A stretch of DNA of 64,000 bases from Candidatus Marinacidobacterales bacterium (GCA_965224085.1 CBDCYI010000004.1:1344001-1408000), one strand, 5' to 3'. Shown: positions 9,915 to 20,298, counted from the first letter of the stretch. The notes: generated by a model not told the origin, from the sequence alone. Made by a program: numbers and translations.

Positions 9915-10383
9915 GTACCCGTCTGGTCAAAATACTCGAACGCCCGGCGGTCAGCAGTTTGCACCTTCCGAAAGGCGGCTTGAACCCGCCATCGCGGTCG
10001 GATACGTATTCCAGTTCACCGGAAGGAGTGACGATGGACTGGAAGACCATGCTGGCGTACATCACCGGGGCGGTCGACGAAGAGCTGCTGCTGCGCAACG
10101 AGTATCTTGTGGCCGAGAATCGAGTTCTTCGAAATCAGATCCAGGGTCGCTTCCGCCTGACCGATGGCGAACGGCGGTCTCTGGCCGAGCTCGGAAAGCG
10201 TCTGGGTAAGCAAGCCCTTGACCAGATCGCGAGTTTCGTGAAACCCGACACGATTCTGGGTTGGCACCGGAGGCTTGTGGCGAAGAAGTTCGACGGCTCC
10301 AAGAACCGTCAGTATCCAGGGCGACCGCGGGTCGGCGCCGACATCGAAGAGCTGGTGGTGCGTCTCGCCAAGGAGAACAAGTC
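9915..10383 (+). mobile_element. Truncated IS with N-terminus of an rve/integrase-core transposase (ORF 10034-10387), cut by the IS91-type element
   Basis: LLLRNEYLVAENRVLR...VKPDTILGWHRRLVAKKFDGS...GRPR...LAKENKS; probable end GTACCCGTCTGGTCAAAATACTCG. Confidence 0.75.
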
Positions 10384-11592
10384 TTGAACTAAGCCGCTCG
10401 CGCGGCGGCGGGACCTGCAAGCTCTCCCGAACTGGTGAGCCAAACTCCGGACAACGAGTCCTGCGTTTCTCGGAACCGCTCTCTCACACATGGCATCATC
10501 CCTGTCCCCCGCGGGCGGCGATGGTCGTCGTCTGCTAAATCACTGGAGGAATAATCATGGGATGCCTTAGCGAAAAAATGCTTGCCGACATGAAACTGAA
10601 GGGGTTCGCACGCTCCACGCAGGAGGAGTATCTGCTGCGAGCGCGCCATTTCGCGGCACATTACATGCGCTCACCCGCCGAGATGGGCGAGCCGGAGACC
10701 CGCGATTATCTGATTCATCTCGTTAACGAGAAGAAGGCCTCTCCGGCCAGCCACCACATGTACGTCGCCTCTCTCAAGTTTCTCTACGCAACCACACTCA
10801 ACCGCCCGGAGGAGGTGGCGAAGATTCCTTGGCCCAAGAAACCTCGCACGTTACCCGATATCTTGAGCGGCGAGGAGGTCGATTGTTTGCTTCACTCCGT
10901 TAACTCCGTCAAACACCGCGCGATTCTCATGAGCGCCTACGGCGCCGGGCTGCGCGTTTCCGAGGTGTGCTGTCTGAAGCACTCCGACATCGACTCCAAA
11001 CGCATGCTCTTGCACATTCGTCACGCCAAGAACTCCAAGGCCCGCTATGTCACGCTCAGCGAACGTTTGTTGAGCTTCCTGCGCTACTACTGGAAAACCA
11101 CTCGCCCTCGCGGAGAGTACTTGTTTCCCGGCCGTAATCCTGGTGCCCACATCTCAGACGATGGCGTTCGCTGGGCTCTTCGTAAGGCCGTGGCTGAGGC
11201 GGGGCTCACCAAACGTATCACTCCTCATTCGCTGCGCCACGGTTTTGCCACACATATGCTCGAACTGGGTGAAGACATTCGTACCGTGCAGCAACTGCTC
11301 GGTCATGCCTCCATCCAGACCACGGCCCGTTACACAAAGGTAACAGCAAAGCACTTGGGGCGCATCAAGAGCCCTCTCGATTTGCTGGGAACGAAGAAGG
11401 GCAAAAAGCTCGGCTAGCTCATCATGCAGCCCCATGGGCTGTGTCCTTCCCGCGTCGAGTCACCACCACGGCCACTGCTCGAGATCGCGGAAATCTTCCG
11501 CGAACATGGTCCACGCTTTCGCCAAACCCATGCGCTGACAGCCGAGCAGCGCAAGGTGATGTGGGCTATAGAGAACTGTCGCACGGCGGTGC
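10384..11592 (+). mobile_element. Integrase + IS91-type element, copy B (left end, full integrase, 5' ~170 bp of transposase)
   Basis: Begins TTGAACTAAGCCGC; overlap identical to copy A. Confidence 0.9.
10557..11417 (+). CDS. Tyrosine recombinase (SAM-like N-terminal domain, XerD/IntI-related)
   Basis: [28 protein letters not shown]; GGAGG RBS. Confidence 0.95.
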   Translation: MGCLSEKMLADMKLKGFARSTQEEYLLRARHFAAHYMRSPAEMGEPETRDYLIHLVNEKKASPASHHMYVASLKFLYATTLNRPEEVAKIPWPKKPRTLPDILSGEEVDCLLHSVNSVKHRAILMSAYGAGLRVSEVCCLKHSDIDSKRMLLHIRHAKNSKARYVTLSERLLSFLRYYWKTTRPRGEYLFPGRNPGAHISDDGVRWALRKAVAEAGLTKRITPHSLRHGFATHMLELGEDIRTVQQLLGHASIQTTARYTKVTAKHLGRIKSPLDLLGTKKGKKLG

Positions 11593-11868
11593 CTTGGTGC
11601 ACAACTCCGATAGAGGCCGAGAGCTCGCTTGGCCCCGACTCCCATCATCCGATCATCTCGCTATCAGACATCCCGAGCGCCGTCATGGTGTTGAGAATCT
11701 TGCACCCGATCCTTGCCTCGACTCTCTGTGCCGCCAACCCTCTCGCTCGCATCGCTGAGCCCACGATAGCCTTGTAGCGATGGAACGTTGTCTCGACTTT
11801 GCTCCGTTTGCTGTAGCCCGATTCTGTGTGCCACTTTCGTTTGCCGAGCCGAGCTTGTGCTGCAATGT
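11590..11868 (-). mobile_element. IS5-family (IS903-like) transposase 3' fragment with terminal repeat
   Basis: SGYSKRSKVETTFHRYKAIVGSAMRAR...QRVEARIGCKILNTMTALGM; end GCCTTGGTGCACAA. Confidence 0.75.
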
Positions 11869-12597
11869 ATAGAAAATGACGAATATTGGGACGATCTAAT
11901 AAGAAATTGGCAATAGATGTCAATTACAAAACACGGGCGGACGGTAAAATAGGGCCGCATGACGGAACATTCTGATACGAATATCAACGACACGGCTGTC
12001 GAGCGTCACTGGTTCAGCGGCGAAGCCGGAGATCTGCTGACCCGGATCGACAACGGGCTGAAGAAGGCTGGGAAATCTCTCTCCCGCCTCACAGCGGAGG
12101 ATGTGCTTGCGTTTGATGAGTTTCACATTCGCGGCCGCGAAGCGACCGTCGAGCTGTCCCGCCTCGCCAAGATCCAGACCTCTCACGAGGTCATAGACAT
12201 CGGGTCCGGGTTGGGCGGTCCATCGCGTTTTATAGCATCTAGCATCGGCTGCAGGGTTACCGGCATCGATCTCACAGCGGAATATTGTCAGGTTGCGCAG
12301 GTCCTGGCTGATCGAATGGGACTCGAGGAGCGCGTTCATTACCGCCAAGGCAGTGCATTGGAATTGCCATTTCCGGATGCGTCCTTCGATATCGCCTGGA
12401 CTCAGCATATTTCCATGAACATCCAGGATAAGTCCGCGATGTTCTCCGAGATGTACCGGGTGTTGAAACCGGGTGGGCGCGCTGCCATCTACGATCCCAT
12501 TGCCGGTTCCGGAGAACCGTTGACCTTTCCAGTCCCATGGTCAAAAGATGGTGCGATCAATTTTCTCATCGATACTCAGGAAACGAAGGAAACGCTG

Positions 12598-13042
12598 GGG
12601 GCTTATATCCATGACTAGACAAGCCCCTATTTGGATTCACGAATCAGAAAAAAGCCCTCATAGATGAGCAAGGAGACCGCAAACGGCACCATAACCAGCC
12701 ACAAGGTCCCGCTCTCCAGTCCATTGCCCGCCATCTTCGCCAGGTAATTGTAGGGTATAAATGAACCAGCGCCCCCACCAGGACCGTCACCTCGAGCCGA
12801 GGCCATTCGGTTTCGCCCCGCATCGAACCGAGGATTTTATCGATGAAAACGAGTACGAGGGCGACGATTGCGAAAGGGTCGATCCAATCGAATATGGGCT
12901 TGGCCGCAGCGGGATTGACGGCGTAGAAGAAGTTGTTGAGCGTCAAAACGAAAGCTACGATGAGCATGAAGCATCCTTTTAGTGACCGCATATTTCATCT
13001 TCTCCTATTCTTCTGTCGTGTCTAGTCATGGATATAAGCCCC
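12598..13042. mobile_element. Non-autonomous 445-bp TIR cassette (MIC/MITE with passenger; IS1595/IS1016-like ends)
   Basis: Perfect 24-bp TIR GGGGCTTATATCCATGACTAGACA; 8-bp TSD AAACGCTG at 12590-12597 and 13043-13050. Confidence 0.93.
12627..12991 (-). CDS. Passenger small membrane protein (about 4 TM), apparent frameshift near 12752
   Basis: AGGAG RBS; hydrophobic segments; the shifted frame reads YNYLAKMAGNGLESGTLWLVMVPFAVSLLIYEGFFLIRESK* and ends beside the TIR. Confidence 0.65.
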
Positions 13043-13370
13043 AAACGCTGACTGCCGCCGGCTTCACCATAGGAAACTGGCGAGATGTGAGCCAAGCATC
13101 GCTGGCCTGGTTCAAAGACAACGCCCCCCCAGCCGATGCCGAGCCACCCATTCTAGGATTTCATTTGCTGCTCGGCCCGCTATGGCCCACCATGGCTGCC
13201 AACATGGTGGGTAATATCGCCGCGGGTCGGCTTGCGGTGATCCAAACCATCGTTCGAAAACCACAATCTCTAGCTATTTAGACGCGCGCCAGCAGAGCAT
13301 CCACGAGATCGAGCAACGCATCACGGCTAGCCGGCTTTGATCTGATTATTTACAAGAGACGGAGGTAGAC

Positions 13371-15038
13371 ATGAAACGCATGGGTTTCCTTTCAGTTGTC
13401 GTCGTATGGCTCGCATCGGGCTGTGACCCGCCCGCGCAGAGTAGCGGCACAGCCGTTATGAGTGCCGATGGAAAAGCGCTTGGCACCGTCCAGTTCCCGA
13501 CGTCGTGTGACCCGCAAGCTCAGGAGCTACTCGAGCGCGCTCTGGCCCTTCTTCATCACATGACGTATAGACCGGCCGAAATGAGCTTCGCATCTGCGGC
13601 CGAGAACGATCCCGAATGCGCGATCGCCTATTGGGGCATGGCGATGACGTACGTACACCCGCTATGGCCCGACAGCGTGCCAACGGAGCAGCTCACGAGC
13701 GGCCAAGAGCTTCTCGAGCGCGCCCGGGCCGCCGACCATACGAGCGATCGCGAAAGCGCTTACATCGAAGCGCTCGCGGGCTACTACGGTGACGACGCGA
13801 GCCCGCGCGCCGAGCGAGAGCGCCTGGGAGGCTTCCTCGATGGCTGGTCCCGGGTCCACGAGATGTATCCAGACGATCCCGAAGCGGCACTCTTTCACGC
13901 GCTCGCCCAATTGGGGACCGCGGCGGCGTCCGATAAAACCTACGCGAACCAACAATCGGGCGGAAGCATCGTAGCCGAAGTTCTCGCGCAGATACCGTCG
14001 CACCCGGGAGCACATCACTATTTGATTCACGCCTACGACTTCCCGCCGCTCGCACAACGCGCACTCGAGACCGCACGCCACTACGGCGAAGTCGCGCCCG
14101 AGAACTCACACGCGCTTCACATGACGACCCACATCTTCACGCGCCTCGGCCTGTGGCCCGAGTCGATCGAGTTCAACATCCGCGCGGCGAACGCGGCAAG
14201 CGAGCGCATGCCTTCGGGAACGATCTCTTTGCACCACCTCCATGCGATCGACTACCTGGCCTACGCGCATTTGCAACGTGCGGATGACGAAGCGACCCTC
14301 GAAGTGCTTCGTGCGCTTCGCGCGCTCGAGCCGCCGTTTCAGAATCACGCGGGAACGTCCTACACGTTCGCCGCGGTGCCCGCGCGCTACGCGTTGGAAC
14401 GCCACGCGTGGGAGGAAGCCATAGAGGTGGAAGCCCGCTGGCCAGACGACGTGCCTTGGGATCAGTACCCTCACCTCGAAGCTATCTCCCACTTCGCGCG
14501 AGCCATGGGTGCCGCGCGCACCGGCCAACGCGACAAGGCGCAGGCCGCGATCGAATCGCTGGCGCGTTTAGAAAAAGCTGCGGCCTCGCTGGACATCGCG
14601 TATGACTGGGGAATCCAAGTCGCCATCCAGCGCACCGCCGCCGAAGCGTGGTTGGCCTACGAAGGCGGCGACACGGACCGGGGTCTCGAGTTGATGCAAA
14701 AAGCGGCCGAGATGGAAGCGTCGACGGAGAAAAACCCGGTCACGCCGGGCGAAGTACTACCGGCCATGGAGCTCTACGGCGACATGCTTCTCGCCGCGGC
14801 CCGATACGACGAAGCCCGGCAGCAATACGAAGCCGCGCTCACCCGCTCGCCAAATCGCTTCAACAGCTTGTACGGCTCCGGACGTGCCGCCGAGCTCGCT
14901 GGCGATGCGGACGCTGCGGCGTCTTCTTACGCCGCGCTTGTCGAGAGCTGCTTGGAATCCGGGGAGCGCGAAGCGCTCGTTCACGCGCGGGACTACCTCG
15001 AGACAAAAGGACGTGAGAAAAAATTAATATTTGACTAG
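13371..15038 (+). CDS. TPR-repeat lipoprotein
   Basis: Lipobox LASGC; LGTVQFPTSC, HPGAHHYLIHAYD, HALHMTTHIF; last codons probably IS-derived. Confidence 0.85.
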   Translation: MKRMGFLSVVVVWLASGCDPPAQSSGTAVMSADGKALGTVQFPTSCDPQAQELLERALALLHHMTYRPAEMSFASAAENDPECAIAYWGMAMTYVHPLWPDSVPTEQLTSGQELLERARAADHTSDRESAYIEALAGYYGDDASPRAERERLGGFLDGWSRVHEMYPDDPEAALFHALAQLGTAAASDKTYANQQSGGSIVAEVLAQIPSHPGAHHYLIHAYDFPPLAQRALETARHYGEVAPENSHALHMTTHIFTRLGLWPESIEFNIRAANAASERMPSGTISLHHLHAIDYLAYAHLQRADDEATLEVLRALRALEPPFQNHAGTSYTFAAVPARYALERHAWEEAIEVEARWPDDVPWDQYPHLEAISHFARAMGAARTGQRDKAQAAIESLARLEKAAASLDIAYDWGIQVAIQRTAAEAWLAYEGGDTDRGLELMQKAAEMEASTEKNPVTPGEVLPAMELYGDMLLAAARYDEARQQYEAALTRSPNRFNSLYGSGRAAELAGDADAAASSYAALVESCLESGEREALVHARDYLETKGREKKLIFD

Positions 15039-15822
15039 TGTTATCGCTATGCTTTAGCGTAAGCCCATCATGGGATACGTGACGAAGCTGCAGGTGATAA
15101 AGCGAGCCAACGATACGCGTCAGTTCTATGTGATTTGCCCGTCGCCTTTGGCGCAGGCGCTGGAGATGGAGCCTGGCGAGGAGCTTGAGTGGGTCGTCGA
15201 GGATCGGAACACACTGATAGTTCGTCGGACGCCGCGGGTGAAGCGTGGTAAACGTGGGTGAGAAGCAAGCATCGCTACCTGGTATGCCGAGTCCGCGAAA
15301 ACGTGGCGATGACGGTGATGAAGGAGCGCGCGCGACACAAGCTCGGTTGAAGGTTGTGGATCGGGCGCAGCTGCTGTTGCGGACGGTGGACGTTGAGCAG
15401 TTGATTCCAGAGGATCACGCAGCGCGAGCGATCTGGGAGTTCGTGGGTCGGCTGGACCTCAGCGGGTATACGGAGCAGGTCCACTCGGTCGAGGGTGGTG
15501 CAGGGCGGCCTGCATTCGATCCGCATCTACTGGTGAGCCTTTGGGTCTACAGCTACAGTCAGTCGGTGAGTTCGGCGCGCGCGATTGAGCGGCTGTGCGA
15601 GCATCACCCGGCGTATCAATGGCTGACGGGAATGCAGAGCATCAGTGCCCATACGCTATCGGACTTTCGGGTGACCCATGCCGAGGCGCTGCACGAATTG
15701 TTTGTACAAACGTTGGGTCTTTTGAGTGCGGACGGATTGATCACGCTCGAGCGAGTCATGCTGGATGGGACGCGGATTCGGGCGAACGCATCGGGGAATA
15801 GTTTCCGCACGAAGGGTCGAGT
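15010..15822 (+). mobile_element. IS1182-family element, 5' part (transposase truncated after the first catalytic Asp)
   Basis: LIPEDHAARAIW, GRPAFDP, SSARAIERLC, HTLSDFR, LDGTRIRANAS. Confidence 0.85.
15070..15261 (+). CDS. Small AbrB/MazE-like DNA-binding protein, IS accessory ORF
   Basis: QFYVICPSPLAQALEMEPGEELEWVVED swapped-hairpin pattern; overlaps the transposase start. Confidence 0.65.
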   Translation: MGYVTKLQVIKRANDTRQFYVICPSPLAQALEMEPGEELEWVVEDRNTLIVRRTPRVKRGKRG

Positions 15823-16205
15823 CCCACGACCGGAAGCTTTCCGCTCTTGAGCGACTGAATAACCTCGTCGGCTTGCCGGACCACGCTGCGCGCCGTGCCC
15901 ATGAGCTTGCGATAACTTTGCTTGAACTTGACTTGGCTCGATTCGGTGAACGACTTGCTGGCGCGGTCGATCTCAAGCTGCCTGTTTTTCGTTGATCGGC
16001 TGTGGTCCACCACCTTGAGCGCACCTTGAGCACAAGCCTTTGCAATACACTTCAGACTACGGGTGAGCACCCGGATGCCATCGGCAAGCAGTGAGCTATC
16101 TGTGGGGTAATGGATGTTGCTCTCCAACTACCGTCGTATCCGTGCGTAACTTGCGTCCCGTAGCCACCTTTTCGTCTCGAGCCTGAGCGACCACACGGGC
16201 ATGGA
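15823..16205 (-). mobile_element. Internal IS5/ISNCY transposase fragment, frameshifted
   Basis: GRKLRTDTTV / ESNIHYPTDSSLLADGIRVLTR. Confidence 0.8.
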
Positions 16206-16314
16206 TTTTCTGCACTCCCGCCGGATGTTGAATTTGGGGTAGCGGCGGCTCCTTGGCCGGCCTAAGAATAGGTCTGCCAATAAACCGTCTCCAGAGGGGG
16301 ACAAGGAGCCACCA

Positions 16315-16600
16315 ATGCCTAGGAAATCAAAGAAGCCAGTAAAAAAGCAAACGCACTCGCCTACGGGCAAGGTAGTTCCATTGTACAACAGTCACATAAA
16401 CCAACGGTGGACGTTCGGCCCTACAGCTACCAGCCGTCCAAGGCAGAGCTGGAGGCCGACGTGAGCATTCCGACGACTCCCGAACAGCTAGCAGATGCTG
16501 TTCTGCGTCAAGTGACCGTACGCCACAAGAAGGACTAACCTTTCCTGGGGTTAGCTGCGTCACCTTCGCTGGCCCTACGTAACTTTCGTATATAATTCCC
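16315..16600 (+). mobile_element. Probable IS1595-type right-end remnant with small frameshifted ORF
   Basis: ORF ...VRPYSYQPSKAELEADVSIPTTPEQLADAVLR... stop at 16538; terminus CGTATATAATTCCC. Confidence 0.5.
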
Positions 16601-16697
16601 AAAAGGGTTACTACCCAAAAAAGCAGGGTTCGGTCCTCGGCAAGACTCGCTCGGCGGCTAATGATAGCTAGAGTTAGGGGCTAATAGGAGGTCCGCT

Positions 16698-17358
16698 ATG
16701 TCGAACAAACGTATTGGGGTCGTCATCACGATAGTGATTGTGCTGGTCGCTTCCGGATGTTCCACCAAGAAATATGTCAGCAAGGAAGTCGGCGCCGTCA
16801 ATCAAAAAGTCGAGACGCTGAGCGAGTCGGTCGAACGGAATCAAGAACGCATCGGCCGCAATACGGATGAGATTTCCCGGCACGGCGGCGAGATTCAGAG
16901 AGCGGATGCCAAAGCCGACGAGGCCGGCCAGCTGGCCGCATCGGCGCACGATGAGGCCGAGAACGCCTTCAACGTCGCGCAGAAAGCGATGAAGGGTAAG
17001 CTCATCTACGAGATCACTCTTTCGAACGACAAAGTCAACTTCGCTTTCAACGCCTCCGAGCTCTCGCCGGACGCGCAGACGCTCGTCGACGAGCTCGCCG
17101 ATCGGGTGAAGGCCGACAACCGCGGCCTGTGGATCGAAGTCGAGGGCCACACGGACGCGACGGGCGAAGCCAATTACAAACAAAGCGCTCGGTCTCAAGC
17201 GGGCCGAAGCGGTTCGAGACTATCTCTATCAGGCGCACGGTATACCCCTCCACCGCATCGCCGTTTACAGTTTCGGCGAAGAGCAACCGGTCACGGACAA
17301 CGAGTCCCGCGAAGGCCGTGCCCGTAACCGGCGGGTCGTGGTGAAGGTTTTGGAATAA
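16698..17358 (+). CDS. OmpA/Pal-family lipoprotein, one frameshift near 17180 (error or pseudogene)
   Basis: Lipobox ASGC; VNFAFNASEL, IEVEGHTD; shifted frame KALGLKRAEAVRDYL...RNRRV. Confidence 0.85.
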
Positions 17359-17400
17359 CGCGTATCCAGAAACTCCCAGCTCGGCAACGGGCTAGTGGGG

Positions 17401-17446
17401 AGCCCGGCAGGCCCCTTTTCCGGCGCGCGGGGTCCTGCCGGGTTTT
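17401..17446 (+). terminator. Rho-independent terminator
   Basis: CCCGGCAGG...CCTGCCGGG stem followed by TTTT. Confidence 0.6.
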
Positions 17447-17584
17447 CGCGCGCGCGCGAAACTTTCTGAGCGGCCTGACCGGAGATCGGCGCCTCCACGC
17501 CAGATTCTCGCTACAATAAACAAAGCGGAATAAACTGAAGCATCCCCTGTAGTCCTCAGTGGGACCAACCTGAGAGGAGCTACT

Positions 17585-18202
17585 TTGGGCAGCGCAGCCC
17601 AAGTGCCAAATCTTTCGAGCGCCGGTGAGGACGATCGAGACCTCGTCGTGCGCGCTCGTGGCGGAGACGATGATGCTTTCGGGGAGATCGTGCGTACTTA
17701 CCAGCGCCGCGTCTATGGGGTGGCCTTGCGGATGACGCGTCGCCACGAGGTGGCTGATGACATCGTGCAAGACACGTTTCTCCGCGCGCATCGCAGCCTC
17801 GACCGCTTCGAGCTCGGACGCCCCCTCGCGCCGTGGCTCACGAAAATTGCCGTGAACCTATCCATCAACTACCTGAACGGACCCACGAAACGCGAGCAGT
17901 CCATGTACACGGAGGACCGTCCCGACGGACCGTGGGAGCCGCAAGTCCGTGAAGACGCGAGTCGCGAGCCGCTCGAATCGGATCCGGCACGAATCTTGAT
18001 GTCCTCGGAGTTCGCGGCGGCGCTCGCAAAAGCGATCGAGAAACTTTCGCCCGACCATCGCTCGGTCTTCATGTTAAAAGTCGATGAAGGGATGCGATAC
18101 GAAGAGATCGCGACAACGCTCGGAATCTCTCGAGGCACCGTCATGTCCAGGCTCTTTCGGGCGCGCACGAAACTCAAGAACATGCTCGAGGACTATCTCT
18201 GA
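17585..18202 (+). CDS. ECF sigma factor
   Basis: ADDIVQDTFLRA; EGMRYEEIATTLGISRGTVMSRLFRAR. Confidence 0.93.
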   Translation: MGSAAQVPNLSSAGEDDRDLVVRARGGDDDAFGEIVRTYQRRVYGVALRMTRRHEVADDIVQDTFLRAHRSLDRFELGRPLAPWLTKIAVNLSINYLNGPTKREQSMYTEDRPDGPWEPQVREDASREPLESDPARILMSSEFAAALAKAIEKLSPDHRSVFMLKVDEGMRYEEIATTLGISRGTVMSRLFRARTKLKNMLEDYL

Positions 18203-18203
18203 C

Positions 18204-19262
18204 ATGAAATGCGAGAACGCCATTCTTCTCGTTGAGAAGCTAGTGGACGGCGAGGCCAGCGCCGAGGAAAAGCCGCTCGCGGAGCGGCACGTCGCTGATT
18301 GTGCCGATTGCCGCTCTCACTACGCTTTCCTCAAAGCGCTCGCGAGCGCTTCGGAGAAGATCGAGCTCCCGCCGGCGCCGCCGCGAGCGTATTGGGATCA
18401 TCTGCCGTCCAGGATAATCGCGCGTCTTCACGAAGACGAACACCCGAGATTTTGGCAGCAGCTAGTAGCACCTTCTATGCTGCGGTGGGGAGCGCTGGCC
18501 GCGACGCTCACGGTGGTTGTGGCCGTCGGCGTGAACGTTTTGCGTGAGGGCGATCTGGCGGAGGAAACGCCGGCGCAGGACAAAATCCTTCAGCAGAGCG
18601 AAGCCATCCGTGTGGAAGAGCTCGAAGCAGCTGACGACCTGGTCGAGCCTTTCAAGCGGACCCCGGCCGGTATTCCGGAAGTTGCGCCGCCCGCGCCCCC
18701 TAGTGACGCCCGGCTCCGCCGGGGGCGCCTCCGGGAGCTCGAGGACGCCCGGAGCAACGCGAGTGATTCGGAGAAGCTCCGGCAAACCCTCGCCGCGCCG
18801 TCGCGTGCTCGCGCCAAGACCGACGCGCCTGATGCGGTGGAGTCGAACTTGCGAGTGGAGCCAACAGAAGACCCGGCGAGCCCCCAATTCATGGCGCCCG
18901 TTACAGCCGAACCCGTGCGCTCACTCGCCGTGGGCGAGTCCCGAGTCGATCCCGCCGAGCTCGAATACCAAGAGCTAAGCGGTGGAGCACGTCCCGGTTT
19001 CGCTGGACGCCGCGGCCCTGGCGGCACCGTCGAGGATTGTGACAGGTGGCGAGCCTATCTCGAGCGCTATCCTGAAGGTTCGCGAGCGAGCGATGCGCGC
19101 TACGAGCACGCACGCTGTACCCTAGCCCGCTACGAGGCCGAGCCGAGCGAAACGGGCCGCGAGGTAGCGATTCGCGGCGCCGACGCGTTCCTGGCGGTCG
19201 AAAGCGCAGGTGCGAGAGCCGAAGAGATTCGCGAGCGCGCCACCCCGCTCCGCCGACCCTAG
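18204..19262 (+). CDS. Zinc-finger (zf-HC2) anti-sigma factor with TM and C-terminal TPR-like helices
   Basis: HVADCADC (HxxxCxxC) motif; one TM; directly follows the sigma gene. Confidence 0.85.
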   Translation: MKCENAILLVEKLVDGEASAEEKPLAERHVADCADCRSHYAFLKALASASEKIELPPAPPRAYWDHLPSRIIARLHEDEHPRFWQQLVAPSMLRWGALAATLTVVVAVGVNVLREGDLAEETPAQDKILQQSEAIRVEELEAADDLVEPFKRTPAGIPEVAPPAPPSDARLRRGRLRELEDARSNASDSEKLRQTLAAPSRARAKTDAPDAVESNLRVEPTEDPASPQFMAPVTAEPVRSLAVGESRVDPAELEYQELSGGARPGFAGRRGPGGTVEDCDRWRAYLERYPEGSRASDARYEHARCTLARYEAEPSETGREVAIRGADAFLAVESAGARAEEIRERATPLRRP

Positions 19263-19281
19263 CCACCCAACCCCGGGGCCG

Positions 19282-19312
19282 GCTCGAGCACTAGTCTGTC
19301 TAGTGCTCGAGC
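19282..19312. terminator. Perfect 13-bp hairpin between convergent genes
   Basis: GCTCGAGCACTAG-TCTGT-CTAGTGCTCGAGC. Confidence 0.55.
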
Positions 19313-20298
19313 GCGAGCCGGTAAACCGTGCTCGAGCCCGCAAGCACCAGACCGCCAGTACCATCGAAGGCGAGTCCGACGAGAGGCGGTGAGGCGACAA
19401 CGCGCTCCGGACTTCCATCGGGCCGGATGCGGTAGACGCCGCTGCCCCCGGTGAGTCCTTCGGTGACGTAGAGCGTGCCTTCGTCGTCGAAGGCCATGCC
19501 TTGAGGTCGCCCAAAACCTTCATAGGCCTTCGTGACTTGGGCATGGACGTCGATGCGGTAAACCGGATCGACCGAGGCCAGGCTCGGCGCCGTGACGAAG
19601 AGATTGCCCTCGCCGTCGAACACCATGTGATACGCCGCAACTGAAGGCTCGAGATGAACGAAGGAGCGCGGCTCGCCGTTGGGCTCGATCCGAAAAATCG
19701 TTCCCCGCCGATCCCCGACATAGAGAATGCCTTCGGGATCGAAGGCGAGACCGGTCGCCGTGCCGAGCTCGTCCGCGACGAGCTCGGCTTCACGATCCGA
19801 AGAGACGCGGTAGACGGTCCCTTCTTCGCGGCTCGAAACGTAGAGACAGTCATCCGGCCCCCATGCGAGGCCGGTCGGGTTCAGGATGTCGCTGACGAAA
19901 GGCTCGATCTCGCCGTCGCCGTCAATGCAGTAGACCGACACGGGAACTTTTTCACCCCGGCTGCCGCTGAAGGCCACGTAGAGTTTGCCTTCGCGATCGA
20001 AGACCGGATTTTGCACAGGCTGAAGCTCATCGGCGATCCTATCTGCGAGCGAGATTGAATAGGTGCCGCTCGACACCCCATCGCGCTCGACGCGAACTTC
20101 CGGCATCGCCTGGTTGGGAACCACGGTAGAGATGGTACGGGCCGAGACGCGCATCACTTGGGCCCGTTGGTCCCCGAAGAAAACCCGGTGGGCATGAGCC
20201 CGTCCGGGATCGAAGCCGCTGCCTTGGATAGCGATACGTCCTCCAGGCACAGCGTGAAGGGGGTCGGTCGCCAATATGTTCGGAAGGTGATCGCTCAC
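19300..20298 (-). CDS. IPT/TIG + NHL/SMP-30-like beta-propeller protein
   Basis: PGGRIAIQGSGF; repeated PTGLAW/GLAFD..G.LYV motifs. Confidence 0.85.
   Translation of the reverse strand: MSDHLPNILATDPLHAVPGGRIAIQGSGFDPGRAHAHRVFFGDQRAQVMRVSARTISTVVPNQAMPEVRVERDGVSSGTYSISLADRIADELQPVQNPVFDREGKLYVAFSGSRGEKVPVSVYCIDGDGEIEPFVSDILNPTGLAWGPDDCLYVSSREEGTVYRVSSDREAELVADELGTATGLAFDPEGILYVGDRRGTIFRIEPNGEPRSFVHLEPSVAAYHMVFDGEGNLFVTAPSLASVDPVYRIDVHAQVTKAYEGFGRPQGMAFDDEGTLYVTEGLTGGSGVYRIRPDGSPERVVASPPLVGLAFDGTGGLVLAGSSTVYRLALEH

Larger units (their letters stand above)
11959..13281 (+). pseudogene. Class I SAM methyltransferase (sarcosine/dimethylglycine MT-like) split by insertion 12598-13042
   Basis: VIDIGSGLGG, LPFPDASFD, RVLKPGG; removing the insert and one TSD restores the frame ETKETL|TAAGF. 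Confidence 0.9.

Noticed and set aside
2743-11592. Copies A and B as a composite transposon or invertible segment
   Set aside because: Both copies are truncated, the intervening genes are unrelated, and no matching split flanks were found
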